From Candidatus Yanofskybacteria bacterium (GTDB taxonomy: Bacteria; Patescibacteriota; Minisyncoccia; 2-02-FULL-40-12; IGHO2-01-FULL-4-A), in NCBI GenBank assembly GCA_016181175.1, contig JACOZV010000003.1, positions 39,773 through 103,772 on the forward strand: a stretch of 64,000 bases of DNA, in the 5' to 3' direction. Shown one piece after another: positions 58,699 through 64,000 of this stretch (positions are counted from its first letter, which is position 1; every line of letters starts with the position of its first letter). A program made the translations under genes and the position numbers. The notes under the pieces were generated by a model, which was given only the letters and a program-made list of their open reading frames with translations, did no database searches and was not told the origin of the DNA.

Positions 58699-59079
58699 AT
58701 GGAACCTTACTCTTGGGAACAATTTGATGAAGATGCTGAAAAAATAGCAAACTGGGCGCAAAACAAAAATTTCAAAAGCGTCTACGGCATACCACGCGGT
58801 GGACTAATACTGGCTGTAAAATTTTCCCATCTGCTAGATATTCCACTGATACGAAACGAAAATGATATAACAAAAGATACTCTGATCGTGGATGACATTG
58901 TAGATACCGGCGGAACCGTTGAGCGTCTTCTGGCATCTCTAGGGCCGGGATATAGAATCGCGACCATATTTTGCAATGAAGAAGCCAAGAAGCCCGATTT
59001 TTACATACGAAAAAAAACTGAATGGATCCTCTTTCCCTGGGAAACAAAAGAAACATCACGCTATGATGGGACAATTTAA
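58699..59079 (+). CDS. type I phosphoribosyltransferase (purine salvage, Gpt-like)
   Basis: GIPRGG, LIVDDIVDTGGT, WILFPWE. Confidence 0.88.
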   Translation: MEPYSWEQFDEDAEKIANWAQNKNFKSVYGIPRGGLILAVKFSHLLDIPLIRNENDITKDTLIVDDIVDTGGTVERLLASLGPGYRIATIFCNEEAKKPDFYIRKKTEWILFPWETKETSRYDGTI

Positions 59080-59192
59080 TTTCTGACATACTCAACCATG
59101 CCCTTTCTATAGAAAGGGCATGGTTTTGATTTTGAAACAAATCTACACTATACTAACCAAGTTATTGAAACAGCACATTAAAAAGGAGTTGG

Positions 59193-60707
59193 ATGCACCC
59201 GCAAGAAATTTTGACTCAACTGGCACGTTTTCGCGGTATAACTTATCGCGATGTATCCTTGCCGCCGCTTGGCAAAAATTTAGCAATATCAAGAGATGCG
59301 GTCACGCTTAACACGCACTTTTCAACCAACGTTCCGTTAAAGCAGCCTCTGGTTTCAGCAAATATGCTTGACGTTACAGAATCTAAAATGGCAATCGCCC
59401 AATCACTGGAAGGCGGAATCGGTATAATACATAGGTTTTGCCCGCCGGATCGCCAAGCCCAAGAAGCTGGCACAACAAAAAGAGCTCATAATTTCTTGGT
59501 TGAGGACCCATATTCATTACAAGGTTCTTCCACGATTGGCGAAGCCAGAAATATGATGGCTCTATATAAAATTGGGAGCTTATTGGTAAAAAATCCGGAC
59601 GGCAAACTAGCAGGTCTTCTGACACAAAGGGACGTAAGATTCGTGGATGACAGAGAGCTCGTAAAAACTCATATGACACCGCGAAGACCTGGCAAAGAGA
59701 AAAGGGGAGATTTGGTTGTCGTTACTCGTGAAGAAACATTATCTATTAATCAAATAGTAGAGAAACTAAAACAACACAAAATTAAAAAATTACCGGTGGT
59801 TGATTCCGATAACTTTATTGTCGGGCTTATTTCTGCTAAAGACATTGAGCGCCTCAAGCAATATCCCTTGGCAAATCTTGACCAAAGGGGCAATCTCGTA
59901 GTTGGAGCGACGATTGGCGCAATCGGCGATTTTATAGAACGCGCACAAGAACTAAAGAAAAAAAATGTTGATGTAATTGTCATGGACGTAACCTCGGCCA
60001 ATTCCGTCTCTGTTGAAAATGCAATTCATGAATTTAGGCAAAAGTTGGGGGATTACGAACTAGTAGTTGGAAATATTGGCACCGCGGAACAAGCTCATGC
60101 CTTAATGCAAGAAAGTGTACAGGGACTAAAAATTGGAATTGGTCCAGGGGGACCATGCACCACGCGCCTTAGCACAGGGATCGGGGTGCCCCAACTTTAT
60201 GCAATTTTGGAAATTTACTGGAAACTAATTTTTAAATATCACTACAAGCCAGAGCAAATTCCACCGCTCTGCGCTGACGGCAACATAGGAGCCGGCTGTG
60301 ATATCGTTCATGCACTTCTTGCTGGAGCTTCATCTATAATGATCGGCACACTTTTTGCCGGCACCGAAGAAACACCAGGAGAAAGTTACGAAAAACCGGA
60401 TGGCCGCTACAAACGCTATGCCGGCATGGCTTCAATTGAGGCTGCCATAGAACGTTTTACGGCCATGGGTTTTGACGATCCGATTGTCGAAGCATTAAAA
60501 AAAGCTCCAGAGGGAATTCCTCGCGAAGTAAAAGTCGGGGGGTCAGTTAAAACCACGATTAGAACCTTGCTTGGTGGTGTCAGGTCGGGTATTAGTCACC
60601 GTGGAATACTAAGTTTGAATGATTTTAAGAAGCAAAATCCATTTGATCCAGAAACCGGTTTCCATATTTTGTCCGCCGCTTCCAGAGACGAGTCTTATAA
60701 AAGATAG
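59193..60707 (+). CDS. guaB: IMPDH/GMP reductase family protein with CBS pair, divergent
   Basis: SANMLDVTE, GIIHR, CBS domains, GIGPGGPCTTR, YAGMAS, PEG. Confidence 0.8.
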   Translation: MHPQEILTQLARFRGITYRDVSLPPLGKNLAISRDAVTLNTHFSTNVPLKQPLVSANMLDVTESKMAIAQSLEGGIGIIHRFCPPDRQAQEAGTTKRAHNFLVEDPYSLQGSSTIGEARNMMALYKIGSLLVKNPDGKLAGLLTQRDVRFVDDRELVKTHMTPRRPGKEKRGDLVVVTREETLSINQIVEKLKQHKIKKLPVVDSDNFIVGLISAKDIERLKQYPLANLDQRGNLVVGATIGAIGDFIERAQELKKKNVDVIVMDVTSANSVSVENAIHEFRQKLGDYELVVGNIGTAEQAHALMQESVQGLKIGIGPGGPCTTRLSTGIGVPQLYAILEIYWKLIFKYHYKPEQIPPLCADGNIGAGCDIVHALLAGASSIMIGTLFAGTEETPGESYEKPDGRYKRYAGMASIEAAIERFTAMGFDDPIVEALKKAPEGIPREVKVGGSVKTTIRTLLGGVRSGISHRGILSLNDFKKQNPFDPETGFHILSAASRDESYKR

Positions 60708-60845
60708 ATGGCATAACTGTTATTAAGTATTTTACATGCGCTAAAACGCGCATTTTTTATTTGCTATTTCCGCAAAAATTAATTATAATTTGAAGTCTGT
60801 GACGTTAAGCGGGCCTGCCCGCCGAAGCTCACAGAGTGAGCGTAG

Positions 60846-60919
60846 GCGGGCGTAGCTTAGTTGGATAAAGCGCCTCCCTGTCACGGAGGAGATCGAGGGT
60901 TCGAGTCCCTTCGCCCGCG
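60846..60919 (+). tRNA. tRNA-Asp(GTC)
   Basis: acceptor GCGGGCG/CGCCCGC, anticodon arm CCTCC-CTGTCAC-GGAGG, G73. Confidence 0.95.
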
Positions 60920-60972
60920 CAGTATAAAAATGAAACATGCCTTGAGGCATGTTTTGCGTTTAGATAGCTAAT

Positions 60973-61101
60973 GGCGAAGGGACTCGAACGCCGGAACGAT
61001 ATTTCGTCAGTAGACTAAATCGTGAGGCGGTGGCTAGACAAAATTTTGCGACGGCAAAATTTTAGTCAAAGCCGAGTCTCTTCGCCCGCGCAATATAAAA
61101 A
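60973..61101 (+). repeat. tRNA-3'-end-associated structured element at tRNA-Asp
   Basis: inverted copy of the tRNA 3' end (60973-89), conserved core (60990-61072), 27/29 direct copy (61073-101). Confidence 0.85.
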
Positions 61102-61127
61102 CCATCGTGTTTGATCTGGTGGTTTTT

Positions 61128-61985
61128 TTATTTTGGGTAGGTTATGTTGCTTTCAACTTGCGGGAATATAACATCGGATTTGGCGCGAAATCTCCGGTAA
61201 TTCTTCCACATTCCCGAAGCAAAATACCACTTTCTGTCACGATTAAATTGCGCAGCCATTTCTATACTCACCGGCAATCTTAAAAGCTCTTGATTTTCAC
61301 CGAGACCAACAAATTCATAATTTACACTTATAAAAAGAGTTGACGATAACAGGCCTTCTGGCAAGTACAATTCTTGAAAAATCTGCAGAACATTAAACTG
61401 TTCGTCAACAACAACTCGACCCGAACACCCAACAGCCCCGTCCCAGTTACTAAAAAAACTGTTGCGTTCAGTATAGTGACAAACCTTATCTTGCGAAAAT
61501 GCTTTGTAACTAAAAACTTGCACAATTTTTCCTTTGTAACTACTAACGCCCTGATAGCTGACGGGGGTAGTAACCAAATGCTTAAACAGATCATGCCATT
61601 CTTGCCCTGGCCTAACGCCTATTCCCGGAATTGGGAGCGCAAATCTCTCTTTGCCGAATTTGCCACCAGGTTCTATCTTGCGAAACACCTGACGGTTGTT
61701 ATAAATTGCAACTTCATATCGCCAAGTTTCTCTGGATTTAGTTTCACCCCACAACCGCAATTCTTGTTCTGCCAACAGATCAGTCATCAACGCCAGGTTT
61801 TTACTCACCTTGTTTTTCATGACAAAAATTAAGTTAGCTGAATCCGTTTCCTTGTCTAACATGAGCGGTTTGTCTAGCTTTAACTTCAAATCCGGCAAAT
61901 AAGTAGTGCTTTCATTTTTTTGTTCAGCGAATAAAGCCGGAAAAAAAATAAAAACTGACAAAATGCAATAAAAAGGCACCCTCAT
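61128..61985 (-). CDS. secreted beta-rich hypothetical protein
   Basis: signal peptide; C-terminal VNYEFV...LRLPV...NYRRF pattern. Confidence 0.75.
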   Translation of the reverse strand: MRVPFYCILSVFIFFPALFAEQKNESTTYLPDLKLKLDKPLMLDKETDSANLIFVMKNKVSKNLALMTDLLAEQELRLWGETKSRETWRYEVAIYNNRQVFRKIEPGGKFGKERFALPIPGIGVRPGQEWHDLFKHLVTTPVSYQGVSSYKGKIVQVFSYKAFSQDKVCHYTERNSFFSNWDGAVGCSGRVVVDEQFNVLQIFQELYLPEGLLSSTLFISVNYEFVGLGENQELLRLPVSIEMAAQFNRDRKWYFASGMWKNYRRFRAKSDVIFPQVESNITYPK

Positions 61986-62111
61986 TTGAATCCCTTCTTG
62001 TTTTGTTAAGAATCTATTTACTAATTATGGACACCGATTTAAATTCTGTCAAAATAAAAATACTTCGCTTAAGTCTTTGATCATTACTTATATTTCTGCT
62101 AAAATTATAAA

Positions 62112-62420
62112 ATGAGATGGCAGATTTATGGCGTTTGGACGGCATTTGCCGTTTCGTTTGTCAGCCTGGATTTTATCATATGGAAAATCGGACCAGATAC
62201 CTCTTCGTTTAAGATAAAGGTTCTGTTTTTCATTGCTTTGTTTATTTTGGTGTGGAGCATAGCAACCTTAGTAATTTTTGAAATCAAAAATAGATTTCTC
62301 AAGTCACGACTTCTTGGACAAAATGCCTACGAATCGGCTTTTTTATTATCATCATTGCAGAGTTTAATTTTTTCTGCTGTTATTATAATCATCATTTTAA
62401 TTAGAAAATTTGTTCTATGA
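62112..62420 (+). CDS. hypothetical membrane protein (3 TM)
   Basis: 102 aa hydrophobic ORF, ATGA overlap with PheRS. Confidence 0.75.
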   Translation: MRWQIYGVWTAFAVSFVSLDFIIWKIGPDTSSFKIKVLFFIALFILVWSIATLVIFEIKNRFLKSRLLGQNAYESAFLLSSLQSLIFSAVIIIIILIRKFVL

Positions 62421-63559
62421 GAGAAATAATCGCGGCAAAAGCGCCTGAAGCGGACATACTGCAAAAAGCGCTAGAATCTAAAAACGACCCGGAAAGCTTG
62501 CGTCTAAAGAGGTTTTTAAGCATGCCTGATTTGTCGCGCACTTCCGGCAGTCCGATCTGTGAACTGGCACAACGCATTATAAACCTGCCAGATTTTAAGG
62601 ACTTCGATATTGTGGAGGCACCGGAAATTGTCCCGGCCGATATCAGTTTTGACTTATTTGATTTTCCACCGGATCATCCGGCACGCTCCAAGTCAGACAC
62701 ATATTACGTAGATGATAAAAACATACTGCGCACTCACACCACTATTATGTGGTACTACTACCTAATGAATGAGGGTATAAAAAGCCGTATTAAAAACATG
62801 GAAGCCGTCGGTTCTCTTTCTTATGGAAAGGTTTACCGCAGGGACGAGATAGACCGCCACCACATGAATGTATTCCACCAAATGGATGGTTGGTATCTGT
62901 GTTTAAAAGAGCAAAAAATAATCACTACCGAAGACCTGCAGAACGTCTTGATAAAAATCGCACAAGCGGTTTTCGGTAATGACGTGAAATACCGCTTCAA
63001 TGAAGATAAATTCCCATACACCAATCCGAGTCTTGAGATGGAAATTGAAAGGGGTAACAGATGGGTGGAAATACTGGGAAGCGGCGTGGTAAGCGGCGTG
63101 GTCCTGGAAAAACTAGGCGTTGATTCTTCCAAATACAATGGCTGGGCGTTTGGTTTCGGTTTGGAACGCCTCGCAATCGCCAGCATGGAACTACCAGATA
63201 TTAGACTGCTTTGGTCAAACGACGAACGGGTCAAAAAACAGCTTGTGCTAGATAATAAGTTCAAAGAAGTTTCCAAATTCCCGCCGATTACCAGAGACAT
63301 TTCTTTTATTGTGAACAAAAAGTTTGTGCCCAATGATTATTTTGACCTTATACGCGACTTAGGTGGGGACTTAGTAGAAGAAGTCAAACTTTTGGACCAC
63401 TACGATGACACTGAAAAATTCGGTTCGGACCAAACCAGCTATACTTATCGGATCACATATCGCAGTAACGAACGCACTCTTCAAACCAACGAGATAGACC
63501 CAATTCAAGAAAAAATCACCCAAGAAACAATTAAACAATTTAACTCTCAAATTCGCTAA
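62417..63559 (+). CDS. pheS: single-chain phenylalanine--tRNA ligase (catalytic domain plus FDX-ACB)
   Basis: HPARSKSDTYY, LRTHTT, YRRDEID, FHQMDG, AFGFGLERLA, then C-terminal RDISF...YRITYRSNERTL. Confidence 0.92.
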   Translation: MREIIAAKAPEADILQKALESKNDPESLRLKRFLSMPDLSRTSGSPICELAQRIINLPDFKDFDIVEAPEIVPADISFDLFDFPPDHPARSKSDTYYVDDKNILRTHTTIMWYYYLMNEGIKSRIKNMEAVGSLSYGKVYRRDEIDRHHMNVFHQMDGWYLCLKEQKIITTEDLQNVLIKIAQAVFGNDVKYRFNEDKFPYTNPSLEMEIERGNRWVEILGSGVVSGVVLEKLGVDSSKYNGWAFGFGLERLAIASMELPDIRLLWSNDERVKKQLVLDNKFKEVSKFPPITRDISFIVNKKFVPNDYFDLIRDLGGDLVEEVKLLDHYDDTEKFGSDQTSYTYRITYRSNERTLQTNEIDPIQEKITQETIKQFNSQIR

Positions 63560-63698
63560 AAACCTTGGCGGTTTTTCAAGATTAAACCACTTTTGACATC
63601 CTTGTTTGACTTCTCAAAATTTGTTATAATTAAAGTACAAAACATGAACAGAGACTACCTAAAACGACATCATCGCGGGTAGTCTATTTAATTAGGAA

Positions 63699-64000
63699 AT
63701 GGCCAAAAAAGAAGACCAAAAAAATCAAAATTCTTATACTGCTAAAGACATATATGTTTTAGAGGGTCTTGAACCGGTTAGAAAAAGACCAGGAATGTAT
63801 ATCGGCTCAACCGGCGTGGACGGATTACACCATTTGATATGGGAGGTTTTTGATAACTCACTTGATGAAGCCATGGCCGGCTATGCTAAAAATATTGAGG
63901 TTACACTGCTAACCAACAATCGCGTAAAGGTAAAGGACGACGGACGCGGCATACCGGTAGAAAAGCACAAACAAACCGGGGTCTCGGCGCTTGAAACGGT
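63699..64000 (+). CDS. gyrB: DNA gyrase subunit B, 5' partial
   Basis: translated by hand: [27 protein letters not shown]...DNSLDEA...DDGRGIP; runs off the window end. Confidence 0.93.
   Translation, partial: MAKKEDQKNQNSYTAKDIYVLEGLEPVRKRPGMYIGSTGVDGLHHLIWEVFDNSLDEAMAGYAKNIEVTLLTNNRVKVKDDGRGIPVEKHKQTGVSALET

Noticed and set aside
1-64000. CRISPR array, rRNA, reverse transcriptase, transposase or prophage
   Set aside because: No regularly spaced direct repeats with spacers, no rRNA-like tract and no ORF with the relevant motifs were seen.
1-64000. Alternative genetic code (TGA as Gly)
   Set aside because: Conserved genes are full length under code 11 and several end at TGA.

Overview
64 kb of an AT-rich bacterial chromosome using the standard genetic code. 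Gene content and style point to a Patescibacteria (CPR, Parcubacteria-like) organism; this is inference, not a database result. It is mostly housekeeping: recG, holA, mutM, polA, tsaE, nfo, yraN, comM, ddl, pnp, rpsO, a Xer recombinase, pyrF, smpB with tmRNA, htrA, mpg, argS, ileS, ybeY, ftsA, ftsZ, a guaB-like gene, a single-chain PheRS, the 5' end of gyrB and five tRNAs. These are interspersed with a type II R-M pair, an orphan MazF/PemK toxin and secreted or membrane hypotheticals. The most unusual signal is non-coding. (1) The same ~85-nt structured core, with compensatory base changes, sits just downstream of both tRNA-Asp and tmRNA. Each copy is bracketed by an inverted and a direct copy of the host RNA's own 3' end, and the tRNA-Ser locus shows related scars. 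(2) A second covarying structured family with a TCTCGCTGGGA hairpin occurs twice. (3) A sigma70 promoter and a UUCG/GNRA-hairpin RNA point antisense into the orphan mazF. (4) A ~180-nt unit bounded by a promoter and a terminator looks like an unannotated ncRNA. (5) REP-like palindromes and 7-mer repeats sit in frame inside core genes. Protein-level oddities are a mitochondrial-type monomeric PheRS and an IleRS with an inserted histidine-phosphatase domain. No CRISPR array, rRNA, reverse transcriptase or transposase was seen. Novelty could not be checked against databases.
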